A DNA stretch of 64,000 nt. It comes from an uncultured Candidatus Saccharibacteria bacterium. Lineage in GTDB: Bacteria > Patescibacteriota > Minisyncoccia > UBA6257 > UBA9933. The translations under genes were made by a program, and so were the position numbers. Shown piece after piece: positions 8,385 to 17,613 of the stretch. The notes under the pieces were generated by a model. That model was not told where the DNA came from. It saw only the letters and a program-made list of their open reading frames with translations, and did no database searches. Numbering within the stretch: position 1 is the first letter of the stretch; each line of letters starts with the position of its first letter. Where the stretch lies: positions 2,334 through 66,333 of the forward strand of contig CAYRXZ010000001.1 of NCBI GenBank assembly GCA_964428615.1, in the 5' to 3' direction.

Positions 8385-11300
8385 TCAAATCTTTTTAATC
8401 CCCGCCCAAATTGAGGAACCATTTATTTTAGTTTCGGCTTCCGCGTCAAATTTATCGGTCCGGTTAAAATAAACATTCTTTGCGGAAATTTTTTCTTTAA
8501 ATTCTTTAATATTCTTTTCTATTGCTGAACGGATTTCTACCGGGACTTCCAGCCATAAATCAATCTTATCTTTCGGCAAAAAACCAGCTTCCTTTCTTAT
8601 ATCCTGCATTGCTCTTGCCATTTCTCTTAATAATCCCTCTGCTTTTAATTCCGGAGTAATTTTTGTGTCCAATTCTATTTCTCCGCCGATTTTCAAATCA
8701 AAAATAATTTTTTTAACATTTATCTCATCTGCCAAAATTCCCAATAATTCTTTTTTATCCTTTAATTCTGAATTCTTAATTCTTAATTCTGAAAGCGGTT
8801 GCCTTACTTTAATTCCTCTATTGCCCCTTAATTCCAAAGCCGCTGAGGCAATTTTTCTAATTTCCACCATTGCCTCAATTAAATCTTTATCTATTAATTT
8901 TTTATCAACCTTCGGCCAATCTTCTAAGTGCACGCTTGCCGCTTGTCGCTTGCCGCTTGTCGCCAAAAAAATTCCCTCTGCCACAAACGGCGCGAATGGC
9001 GCAATAATTTTAGAAAACTCCGACAAAACATATTTTGTTGTTTCTATCGCAGCAAATTTATCACTGTCTTCCAATTTAAACCTTTCACGCGAACGTCGAA
9101 TATACCAAGTTGAAAAATCATCAACGAAACCGCTAAGCGGCCTGACCGCTTTGTCAATTTCATAATTCTCTAACGATTCCGAAACTTCCTGCTTTAATTG
9201 TTCCAACCGGGCAATAATCCATCTATCTAGAACATTTTTATTTGAAGCTTGAAGCTTGAAGCTTGAAGTTTTACTATCGGCGTACATCTCGTAAAATTTA
9301 TAAGTATTCCATAACCGCAATATTGTTTTTTTATAAACTTCATCCACGCCTTTTTCTGAAAAATTCAAATTTTCTCCCGCTACCACGGGAGAAGAAAGCA
9401 AATAAAGCCTCAAACTATCTGCGCCATATTTTGAAACAAGCTCCATTGGGTCAGGATAATTTTTCAATCGTTTGCTCATTTTTTGCCCATTTTCCGCCAA
9501 AATTATGCCATTAACAATAACGTTTTTGTAAGCCGGTTTATCAAACAAAGCTGTTGAGAGAACAAGTAATGTATAGAACCAACCACGGGTTTGGTCCATC
9601 CCCTCAGCGATAAATTCCGCCGGCACCGGAGAAAAATTATTCTTCGGCGTTGAAAACGGAAAATGCGATTGGCCGTAAGGCATTGAACCAGATTCAAACC
9701 AGCAATCAAAAACATCTTCTATTCTTTTCATTTTACTACCGCAACCGCAGATAAATTCCACTTTATCAATATACGGCCTGTGCAAATCAAGCTCAAAATT
9801 TTTATTATGCGGAAATGGAACAAATTTCAAATTTTTTATTTCTCCGGTTTTTATAAAATCTTTTTTATTTTCTCTTATCTTAATCGCCTTTTTGGCGCTT
9901 GCTCCTTCGGCGCCAGCGAAAAGCAGCCAAATCGGATATTCATGACTGATAATTAAAATATTTTTACCGGAATATTTTTTATCAATATCATAAATAAAAT
10001 CTGACATCCTATTTTTTAAATCAGTCAGGTTTTCACCTTTCGGAGCCGGCTTAACGAATTTTTCCTCGTAGGAAGAAAAATGTTCTCCATACTCTTTTAT
10101 TGACTTATTATTTAAATTACCTGTATTGACTTCTCTTAATCTTTTGTCGTAGAAAACCTTTTTAATCCCGAAATGCTTTGCCGCCATTCCCGCAGTTTCT
10201 TTTGTCCGAATAAAATCTGAACTATAAATCAAATCAATATTTTTTATCTTTTTTAGAGTATCAACAATTTCTTTTTTCCCTTTTTCTGTTAGATGGTGAC
10301 TGTTTTTATAATTTGAACTCGCAATACCAAATATATTATTTTCCGCTTGCCCATGCCTCATCACAAAATATTTATTACCCGAAGTTCCCGAATTTTTCTT
10401 TATTTCCTCAACCGAACCGACAACTTTTAATTTTCCGCATTTTTTACATTCCCAGACCGGGAGCGGCGACCCCCAAAAACGGCTTCTTGAAATCGCCCAG
10501 TCTCTCGCGTCTTTAAGCCACTGGCCAAAACGTCCATCTTTCACGTGTGCCGGCAGCCAGCTTATTTTCTGGTTATTTTTTATAAGCTTATCTTTAATCG
10601 CTGTCACCTTCACAAACCAAGAAGATGCCGCGTAATTCAAAAGCGGAGTTTCACAACGCCAGCAATGAGGATATGAGTGGACCACTTTTTCACAATTAAA
10701 AACTAAATTTTTTTCTGAAAGAAATTTTATTATTTTCTCATCGGTTTCTTTTGTATTCTCTCGCGGCTTTGCGCGCAAATTTGTAAAATTTTTAACTTCC
10801 TGTTTTAATTTTCCATTCATTCCGACATGCTGAATAAAAGGCAAATTAAGTTTTTGCCCTAATTCCATATCTTCCGCACCAAAAGCCGGAGCAATATGTA
10901 CAATACCCGTTCCTTCTTCAATATTCACAAAATCCGCCGGATAAATTTTCCATCCGTTTTCACGATCTTTTAATTTTTTATCCTGGCTGAAATAATCAAA
11001 AAGAGGCTTATAATTTTCCCCAACCAATTTATCTCCCTTAAACTTCTCTATAATTTCATACTTTTCTTTTACGGCGCCCAATCTTTCTTCCGCTAAAATA
11101 TATTTTTTGTTATCGAAAGTTTTTATTTTTATATAAGTAATTTTCGGGTTTACCGCCAAAGCCACATTCCCGGGCAAAGTCCAAGATGTCGTTGTCCAAG
11201 CCAAAACAAAAGTTTTCGGCTCGTCAATTAATTCAAATTTCAATGTTATCGCAAAATCTTCAATATTTTTATAGTTCTGGGTAACTTCAAAATTTGAGAG

Positions 11301-11867
11301 TGTTGTTTCACAGCGCGGGCAGATATGCATCGGCTTATAGCCTTTATAAATTAAATTCTTATCATATAAATCTTTAAAAACATGTAAAACTGATTCCATA
11401 TATTCAACATCCATAGTTTTATATGGATTTTTCATATCGACCCAACGACCGATTCTGGGAATCGTTTTTTTCCATTCTGATTCATATTTTAAAACACTGA
11501 TTCTCGCAGCCTCATTGAATTTTTCAACACCAAAATCAATAATGTCTTTTTTGCTTTTCAAGCCCAGTTCTTTTTCGATTTCAAATTCAACCGGTAAACC
11601 ATGGCAATCCCAACCCCATCGCCTTTTAACGCTCTTCCCCTTCATAGTCTGGTAACGAGGAATTGCGTCTTTTATTATTGAAGCTAAAATATGGCCATAA
11701 TGCGGCAAACCATTAGCAAAAGGAGGACCATCGAAAAATCTGTATTCTGCTGACGGTTTACCCTGAGCCTGTCGAAGGGATTTTTCAAAAATATTATTAG
11801 TTTGCCAAAAATTAAGAACTTTTTCTTCAATTTCCGCAGGATTGAAATTTTTAAGATTTTTAAACAT
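8385..11867 (-). CDS. ileS: Isoleucyl-tRNA synthetase with an inserted histidine-phosphatase domain
   Basis: 1160 aa; HIGH-type motif PHYGH, KMSKR motif, zinc-binding CPRC/CWRC, DLHRPYID block; ~210 aa extra domain between WECKKCG and DLHRPYID. Confidence 0.9.
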   Translation of the reverse strand: MFKNLKNFNPAEIEEKVLNFWQTNNIFEKSLRQAQGKPSAEYRFFDGPPFANGLPHYGHILASIIKDAIPRYQTMKGKSVKRRWGWDCHGLPVEFEIEKELGLKSKKDIIDFGVEKFNEAARISVLKYESEWKKTIPRIGRWVDMKNPYKTMDVEYMESVLHVFKDLYDKNLIYKGYKPMHICPRCETTLSNFEVTQNYKNIEDFAITLKFELIDEPKTFVLAWTTTSWTLPGNVALAVNPKITYIKIKTFDNKKYILAEERLGAVKEKYEIIEKFKGDKLVGENYKPLFDYFSQDKKLKDRENGWKIYPADFVNIEEGTGIVHIAPAFGAEDMELGQKLNLPFIQHVGMNGKLKQEVKNFTNLRAKPRENTKETDEKIIKFLSEKNLVFNCEKVVHSYPHCWRCETPLLNYAASSWFVKVTAIKDKLIKNNQKISWLPAHVKDGRFGQWLKDARDWAISRSRFWGSPLPVWECKKCGKLKVVGSVEEIKKNSGTSGNKYFVMRHGQAENNIFGIASSNYKNSHHLTEKGKKEIVDTLKKIKNIDLIYSSDFIRTKETAGMAAKHFGIKKVFYDKRLREVNTGNLNNKSIKEYGEHFSSYEEKFVKPAPKGENLTDLKNRMSDFIYDIDKKYSGKNILIISHEYPIWLLFAGAEGASAKKAIKIRENKKDFIKTGEIKNLKFVPFPHNKNFELDLHRPYIDKVEFICGCGSKMKRIEDVFDCWFESGSMPYGQSHFPFSTPKNNFSPVPAEFIAEGMDQTRGWFYTLLVLSTALFDKPAYKNVIVNGIILAENGQKMSKRLKNYPDPMELVSKYGADSLRLYLLSSPVVAGENLNFSEKGVDEVYKKTILRLWNTYKFYEMYADSKTSSFKLQASNKNVLDRWIIARLEQLKQEVSESLENYEIDKAVRPLSGFVDDFSTWYIRRSRERFKLEDSDKFAAIETTKYVLSEFSKIIAPFAPFVAEGIFLATSGKRQAASVHLEDWPKVDKKLIDKDLIEAMVEIRKIASAALELRGNRGIKVRQPLSELRIKNSELKDKKELLGILADEINVKKIIFDLKIGGEIELDTKITPELKAEGLLREMARAMQDIRKEAGFLPKDKIDLWLEVPVEIRSAIEKNIKEFKEKISAKNVYFNRTDKFDAEAETKINGSSIWAGIKKI
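8763..8793. repeat. Heptamer tandem repeat (WAATTCT)x4 inside ileS
   Basis: taattct gaattct taattct taattct; encodes SELRIKNSEL. Confidence 0.65.
8934..8964. repeat. Heptamer tandem repeat (GCTTGYC)x4 inside ileS
   Basis: gcttgcc gcttgtc gcttgcc gcttgtc gcc; encodes ATSGKRQAAS. Confidence 0.65.
9244..9271. repeat. Heptamer tandem repeat (GAAGCTT)x4 inside ileS
   Basis: gaagctt gaagctt gaagctt gaagttt. Confidence 0.65.
9753..10376 (-). other. Histidine phosphatase (phosphoglycerate-mutase-like, RHG motif) domain inserted within ileS coding sequence
   Basis: Residues ~498-705 of IleRS: VMRHGQAENN (catalytic RHG), IRTKETAGMAA, ILIISHEYPIWLL (second catalytic His) - complete branch-1 histidine phosphatase fold signatures. 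Confidence 0.6.
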
Positions 11868-11968
11868 CCCCTTAAATATACAAAAAAACGGCCATTATCT
11901 CAAGAGCCGCCTGAAAATAATTTAAAATTTATAAACCCTAAAACTTTACGTTTATCTGCAATATTTTA

Positions 11969-12751
11969 CTATCTACTATTCGCTATCTGCGGCAAATCTT
12001 CAGGGTTTATTCCCGCCAAAGAATTTCCCTCAAAACTCTGAATTATTTTTACGCCTTCAATATCTATCGCCACTCTATCCTCTGAAGCTAAAATCAAATC
12101 TGGCTCGCGTACAACGCCTTTCATTGGTCCGCCAGAAATAAAACACTTTCTCGCATCCATGATAACCAAATCCGGATGAATTATTTTATTTAAATCTGCA
12201 ATTTTTTTTTGAAGATTAGTTAAATGTAATGACACGCGCTGAGCCGGCTTCATAAATCCAACTGAAAGCTTTAAGGCGCCTGTGTATCGCGCCTGCTTGT
12301 GAGTTTTAAGACAAGGCAAAAGAATTAATTTATCCGCTCTTTCTAAAATCTCCGGGACAGAAACGCTTTTTAAATATTTTGCGCCCGGAATTTCTTTTTT
12401 TACCCAAACTTCTTCTTCAAAAATATATATCCGTGGCGGAGTTTCCATTTTTAATAATTCAAGAACTCCGGATTTTTCCATTATTTTTCTGGTGTTTAAA
12501 GTTACAGTTGAAGACTCGCCTATCATCGCCAGTTTCGCGCCAAAATCATAAACTAATTCAACCACAGATTTTAAAAAATCAACACTTGTTGAAGCCGGAG
12601 ACGGATCAGCGGTATTATAATTCGGCTTCAAAAAAATCACGTCGCCGGTTTTCACAAATTTTTTAAAACCGCCGATTTCTTCAACCACTTTTAAGACCGC
12701 GTCTTTAACGCCAGTACTATTTTTCAGATTTATTTTTCCTACCTTACTCAT
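11969..12751 (-). CDS. DUF362-domain protein (hypothetical)
   Basis: 260 aa; pattern resembles DUF362 family; no catalytic motif recognised with certainty. Confidence 0.4.
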   Translation of the reverse strand: MSKVGKINLKNSTGVKDAVLKVVEEIGGFKKFVKTGDVIFLKPNYNTADPSPASTSVDFLKSVVELVYDFGAKLAMIGESSTVTLNTRKIMEKSGVLELLKMETPPRIYIFEEEVWVKKEIPGAKYLKSVSVPEILERADKLILLPCLKTHKQARYTGALKLSVGFMKPAQRVSLHLTNLQKKIADLNKIIHPDLVIMDARKCFISGGPMKGVVREPDLILASEDRVAIDIEGVKIIQSFEGNSLAGINPEDLPQIANSR

Positions 12752-13985
12752 ATCTTAACGCCTCTATTGGACTCTTTTTAGACGCTTGCCGCGCCGGATA
12801 AAGTCCGAAAATTAAACCTATTAAAGCGGCAACGCCGAAACCTAATAATGCCCCGCTTAAAGGAAAAGTAAATTGCCAATCCAAAACAAGAACTTTACCC
12901 AAAACGTACGCGAGAATAGCTGAAAATGACGAGCCTAAAATTATTCCTATTAATCCACCTACTCCGGTTAAAATAACCGCTTCTAAAAGAAATTGAAATA
13001 ATATATTTTTTTTCGTAGCTCCAATAGCTTTTCTAAGCCCGATTTCGCGAGTTCTTTCAGTAACTGAAACAAGCATTATATTCATAATACCCACTCCGCC
13101 CACTAAAAGCGAAATTGCCGCGACGGCCGCCAAAAACAAAGTTATTATGTTCATGACCGTTCCTACCATCTCCAAAGCATCAGCTTGGCTTGAAACGTTA
13201 AAATCATCTTCTTCAAAACCTGTTATATCGTGTGAATTTCTTAATGTCATTTCAATGTCTTCAACTGTTTGCTCGACATGGTCATCGGTATCGGCCTCTA
13301 TTATAATGTGATTAAAATATTTTATTCCCAAGATGTATTGCTGGGCCGTGGTATAAGGAACAATCATTGTTTCGTCAAAACTTATCAAGCTTGCGCCTTT
13401 TTTTTCTAAAACTCCTATTACCCGGAAATTTTTTCCTTTTATTTTTATTTTTTTACCGATAGCGCCTTCATTATTTACAAAAAGTTCTTCCTTTATTTTT
13501 GAACCGATAACAACCACATCGGCATAACTTTTAACTTCGTCTTCTGTTAAAAAACGGCCTTCACTCACAGTAAGATTATACATGCTGCTAGCAGCATCGG
13601 TCATGCCATAAAGAGACGCCTGATATGTTTCGCTCCCGTAAGCCGCGCTTTCACTGCCGAAGACCAAGGGCATAATCTTGCTTAGATAAGGAACATTGCC
13701 TTTTTTTGAAAGCGCGTCAACATCCTTCTGCACTAATGAATCGGAAAACATTGATAAAAAATCGCTCGGCCCCTTTGGTTGTCTGCCTGGCGCTATCTCA
13801 ATAACTCTTGAACTGACTTGGCCTTGTATCTGCCCCAATATTAAATTTTGCATTCCTTCGCCAAGCGACATTACCAAAATAATGGCAGTTATACCGATAA
13901 CAATCCCCAAAATAGTCAGCGCCGAACGCGACTTATGGGTTTTAAGGCCAATAACGGCTGTTTTAAATGTGTAACCTAACGTCAT
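12744..13985 (-). CDS. ABC transporter permease, MacB/FtsX family
   Basis: 413 aa; N-terminal TM, large periplasmic domain, C-terminal FtsX-type 3-TM bundle. Confidence 0.75.
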   Translation of the reverse strand: MTLGYTFKTAVIGLKTHKSRSALTILGIVIGITAIILVMSLGEGMQNLILGQIQGQVSSRVIEIAPGRQPKGPSDFLSMFSDSLVQKDVDALSKKGNVPYLSKIMPLVFGSESAAYGSETYQASLYGMTDAASSMYNLTVSEGRFLTEDEVKSYADVVVIGSKIKEELFVNNEGAIGKKIKIKGKNFRVIGVLEKKGASLISFDETMIVPYTTAQQYILGIKYFNHIIIEADTDDHVEQTVEDIEMTLRNSHDITGFEEDDFNVSSQADALEMVGTVMNIITLFLAAVAAISLLVGGVGIMNIMLVSVTERTREIGLRKAIGATKKNILFQFLLEAVILTGVGGLIGIILGSSFSAILAYVLGKVLVLDWQFTFPLSGALLGFGVAALIGLIFGLYPARQASKKSPIEALRYE

Positions 13986-13989
13986 AAAA

Positions 13990-14712
13990 TTATTTCATAA
14001 AATGGTCTTTTCCTCTCCTCCTGTGGTCATAATTAATTACTTTATCACTTTCAACCTCTCCATCTTTTAAATGAATAATTCTTTGGCTGTATTCCGCGGT
14101 GTAGGTTTCGTGAGTTATTAAAATTATGGTATGGCCTATATTATTCAGTTTTTCCAAAAATTCCATAATTTGCCCGCCTGATTTTGAATCCAGATTTCCA
14201 GTTGGCTCATCGGCAAAAATAACTTGCGGCGAATTAACTAGGGCGCGCGCTATCGCCGTTCTTTGTTTTTCACCTCCGGAAAGTTGTGAAGAAAGATGAT
14301 TTGCGCGATGCGATAAACCCGCCATCTCAATTGAATCCATGGCAATCCTATCCCAGGAAGATTCTTTAACTTTTGAATAAAAAAGGGGAAGTTTTACGTT
14401 TTCAAATACCGTTGTCCGAGGAAGTAAATTAAATGACTGGAAAATAAATCCCATCTTTTTATTGCGAATATGGGCAAGATCTTCATTTGAATAATCAGTT
14501 ATCGCTTTACCGTCAAAAAAATATTCTCCTTTTGTTTGGCTATCTAAAAAACCCAGAATGTGGAGTAATGTAGATTTGCCCGAACCGCTTGGTCCCATAA
14601 TCGCCACAAATTCACCCTGCTCTATTCTAAAAGAAATATCATGAAGCGCAGGCGTTTCAATATCGCCATCAGAGTATAATTTTGATATATTTTTTAACTC
14701 TATTAAAGACAT
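13990..14712 (-). CDS. ABC transporter ATP-binding protein (MacB/LolD-like)
   Basis: Walker [13 protein letters not shown] signature LSGGEKQR, Walker [12 protein letters not shown]. Confidence 0.85.
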   Translation of the reverse strand: MSLIELKNISKLYSDGDIETPALHDISFRIEQGEFVAIMGPSGSGKSTLLHILGFLDSQTKGEYFFDGKAITDYSNEDLAHIRNKKMGFIFQSFNLLPRTTVFENVKLPLFYSKVKESSWDRIAMDSIEMAGLSHRANHLSSQLSGGEKQRTAIARALVNSPQVIFADEPTGNLDSKSGGQIMEFLEKLNNIGHTIILITHETYTAEYSQRIIHLKDGEVESDKVINYDHRRRGKDHFMK

Positions 14713-14715
14713 TAC

Positions 14716-16275
14716 TTATTTAATTGCTCCAGTAGCGGAAATTTTTTCCATTTCTTCTAAGCCAGAAATGATTTCAATATTCCCATCAATTCCCCTAAGA
14801 CCAGTTTCAATTTTTCGTTTTTCAAAATTTGGAGTTCCATTATCCACCATCACAAATTTTTCTATTCCTTCAGAAATAACAGCTCTTTGCGGGATTATTA
14901 AAACGTTTCCACGTTTATCTGTCGAAATATCTATATTCGCCGTCATTCCAGATTTTATCCTGTTATCGCTTTTTTCAAATTGAATGGTTGTCTTATATGT
15001 CGCGACCCCTTCAATAATTGTTTCCGCTGGATTTATTTTAACTACCTTCGCATCAAAAATAACACCTTCACCATAAGCATCAAGTGTAATTTTTGCCAAA
15101 TCTCCAATTTTAACCTTAGCTATATCGGCTTCAGGAATTTTTGATTCTATTTCAAATTGATTGGCGCTTATAACAGAAACCATAATTGTGTTTGCCAAAA
15201 CAATTTCACCTATTTTAGCGTCTTGCCTAGTTATAATTCCGCTTATTGGAGAACGAAGAATAGTTTTATCCACCTGAACTTGATAAGTTAAAACGTCAGC
15301 GCGAGCTTTTTCAACTTGAGCTTCTTGCGCTTTTATTTCTTCAATAGTAGAGCCTGCTATTTCCAAATTTAATTCTTGTTGCGCTAAAGACAAGGCCGCT
15401 TGGGCATTTTTATAATTCGTTTCAGCTGTTGAAATGCTATCTATCGCCGTATTAACAGTTGTTCTCACTGTTGAAATCCCAGTTTTCCAGCCATCTATCG
15501 TAGCTTGAGAAACACTAGCGCCGGCAGTAAGCCCATTTAAAGCTGAATTTGCCTTGTCTAAAAACACACTTGCTTTATTAAGATTATTTTTTGCCTCAGA
15601 AATATATAAAGGCAAATTAGATTCAACTGTTAATTTTGCCAAGGTTAAATTCCAAGAATTCAACATTTCTTCCATCGCCAATCTTTGATTTTCTATATCT
15701 ATTTTTAACTGATTATCAGAAATGTAAAAATTGAGCTGCGGAGCGGGGATAGCCGGCACTTTAAAAAAACTGTCGGCTTTATTTCGGATAGCATCATCAC
15801 AAGTAGTGTAAGAATTTTTTATTTTTTCAACTAGAGTTTTTTTTGATTCGTCTAAAACAATTTTAGCATTATCAACTTTCGTCTGACTGATTATTATTTT
15901 TTCTTCACGAGTGCCACGAATTAATTCATCAAGTTTGGCTTCTTGGGTTTTTAAGGTCGCTCTTGCACTGGCAAGACTGGCATAAACCCCAGAATCATCA
16001 AGTTGTATAAGCGCTTGACCAGAAATAACTACATCTCCAACTTCGACGTAAACCTTAAAAGCCTTTCCCCCGCTTTCAAAAGCTAAATTAGCATCCTCTG
16101 ACGGCTTAACATTGCCGGTAACACTTACTTCCTGAAATATATTCCCGCGTTTAACTTCGACCGTCTCAATGCCCGAATCGGTCTGGCGATTAAAATAAAA
16201 ATAACCGCCTATAGCTAAAACTGCGACTGCTATAACTATAATTAAAATTTTCCTTCTTTTGATAAAACTTTTCAT
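14716..16275 (-). CDS. Efflux periplasmic adaptor (HlyD/MacA-like membrane fusion protein) with extended coiled coil
   Basis: 519 aa; N-terminal TM anchor, biotinyl/lipoyl-like hairpin, long alpha-helical coiled coil, C-terminal beta-barrel; operon with ABC ATPase and FtsX permease. Confidence 0.7.
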   Translation of the reverse strand: MKSFIKRRKILIIVIAVAVLAIGGYFYFNRQTDSGIETVEVKRGNIFQEVSVTGNVKPSEDANLAFESGGKAFKVYVEVGDVVISGQALIQLDDSGVYASLASARATLKTQEAKLDELIRGTREEKIIISQTKVDNAKIVLDESKKTLVEKIKNSYTTCDDAIRNKADSFFKVPAIPAPQLNFYISDNQLKIDIENQRLAMEEMLNSWNLTLAKLTVESNLPLYISEAKNNLNKASVFLDKANSALNGLTAGASVSQATIDGWKTGISTVRTTVNTAIDSISTAETNYKNAQAALSLAQQELNLEIAGSTIEEIKAQEAQVEKARADVLTYQVQVDKTILRSPISGIITRQDAKIGEIVLANTIMVSVISANQFEIESKIPEADIAKVKIGDLAKITLDAYGEGVIFDAKVVKINPAETIIEGVATYKTTIQFEKSDNRIKSGMTANIDISTDKRGNVLIIPQRAVISEGIEKFVMVDNGTPNFEKRKIETGLRGIDGNIEIISGLEEMEKISATGAIK

Positions 16276-16670
16276 TCGCTTGTTACTCCGTCAAATTCAG
16301 CCTCGTTCGCTTCCGCTTCTTCTTTGGTCGCGCGCACAATACCATCTTTGTGATGAGCCGGTGAATAAATTGTATAAAGTTTTAATTCTTCCACATCAGA
16401 AGTATTAATAATGTTATGTTCTGCTCCCGCCGGAACAACGACCATTATACCATCTTTCAAATCGTATTCGTTTCCATCAATAATGCATTTGCCTTGACCT
16501 TTTTCAAAGCGAAAAAATTGATCGTTATCACTATGTATTTCCATTCCAATTTCTTCTTTTGGTTTTAAACTCATCAATACCAATTGACTATGCTTGCCCG
16601 TATATAAAACTTTACGAAAATTACCGTTTTCTAATGTTTCTTTTTCTATGTTTATACTATATCCTTTCAT
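16272..16670 (-). CDS. Cupin-domain protein
   Basis: 132 aa; HSDNDQFFRFEKGQGKCIIDGNEYDLKDGIMVVVPAGAEHNIIN two-motif cupin pattern. Confidence 0.6.
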   Translation of the reverse strand: MKGYSINIEKETLENGNFRKVLYTGKHSQLVLMSLKPKEEIGMEIHSDNDQFFRFEKGQGKCIIDGNEYDLKDGIMVVVPAGAEHNIINTSDVEELKLYTIYSPAHHKDGIVRATKEEAEANEAEFDGVTSE

Positions 16671-16690
16671 ATTTTTATTAATTAATTTAA

Positions 16691-17164
16691 TTATTTTTTA
16701 AAACTATTATTCTTATATTTTGCCAGCAGCCAGGAACTCGACTGGACCTTGCCGCCCTTGCCTATATTATTAATTATTTTACAATTAATTTTTTTACAAA
16801 CTTCTCCTTCTATTATCGGGATATTCTTTACACTTCTATCTCCCCCTTTAGCAAAAATGTCCGGCTTTAATTTCCTTAAATCTTTTCCAATGCTTATATC
16901 TTTCGTGCCCGGCTTATGTTTAGTAAATATAACCTTATCTACATATTTAAATGCTTCTAAAATTTCTTTTCTTTCTTTCTGTGGCATAAAAACATAACCT
17001 TTTTTCAATTTCAACCAATTATCGTTGTTTAAAATAACAACCAATTTATCACCAAGCTTTTTTGATTCCCTAAACATTCTCACATGACCGATATGAATAG
17101 GGTCGAATCCCCCACTAACGGCAACAATTATTTGTTTTTTAATTTGCTTTTTCTTTTCACTCAT
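16691..17164 (-). CDS. Cytidylyltransferase-family nucleotidyltransferase (RfaE/HldE domain II-like sugar-phosphate adenylyltransferase)
   Basis: 157 aa; GGFDPIHIGHV (HxGH), LNNDNWLKLKKG, PDIFAKGGD blocks parallel heptose-1-phosphate adenylyltransferase domain. Confidence 0.6.
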   Translation of the reverse strand: MSEKKKQIKKQIIVAVSGGFDPIHIGHVRMFRESKKLGDKLVVILNNDNWLKLKKGYVFMPQKERKEILEAFKYVDKVIFTKHKPGTKDISIGKDLRKLKPDIFAKGGDRSVKNIPIIEGEVCKKINCKIINNIGKGGKVQSSSWLLAKYKNNSFKK

Positions 17165-17167
17165 AAT

Positions 17168-17587
17168 TCAGCTTAATCCGTGCTCGTTAAAAAATTCCGT
17201 ATACAATTTGTCCACTACAATAATATGAGCCAAAAGCCAATTCCCGGAATAAGCAGTCATTTCTTCCGCCAATTTTTTTATATCAATATCTTGGCTGTTC
17301 ATCTTCACAAAATATTCATTTATGGCTTCACGATATTCATTATGCGCGTTTATATGAAGCGGCGCATCCTGATATTTAAACTTATCAAAATAACTCTCTT
17401 CTGTGCTTAGATGATAAAAGGCATAATCTCCAAGCTCTTGCAAACCTTTAACAGTTTCCTCTTTCGATAGGGTTTCTTTTGTTGTTAAATCAATAATTCC
17501 GTTTACGATTTCAAAAAAATGCTTATGTTGTTCGTCTATTTCCTTTATACCGACGCTATTTTCTTCTTTCCAAATAAATTTATCCAT
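17168..17587 (-). CDS. Hemerythrin-like metal-binding protein (bacteriohemerythrin)
   Basis: 139 aa; H..H...E / H...H / H....D iron-ligand spacing (EIDEQHKHFFEIV ... HINAHNEY ... LLAHIIVVD). Confidence 0.7.
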   Translation of the reverse strand: MDKFIWKEENSVGIKEIDEQHKHFFEIVNGIIDLTTKETLSKEETVKGLQELGDYAFYHLSTEESYFDKFKYQDAPLHINAHNEYREAINEYFVKMNSQDIDIKKLAEEMTAYSGNWLLAHIIVVDKLYTEFFNEHGLS

Positions 17588-17613
17588 AACAAAGTAATTA
17601 TATAACCTTTAGA

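Noticed and set aside
8665-9165. 166-aa plus-strand ORF and other 60-110-aa ORFs lying antisense inside ileS, gpmI, ppsA, eno, pheT etc.
   Set aside because: Fully nested antisense to strongly supported conserved genes; low-complexity translations; typical six-frame noise in AT-rich DNA.
9753-10376. Possibility that the ileS insertion is an intein
   Set aside because: No intein splicing motifs (no N-terminal Cys/Ser block A, no HN + Cys/Ser/Thr C-terminal junction, no homing endonuclease blocks). Instead it carries RHG/His-phosphatase catalytic motifs.
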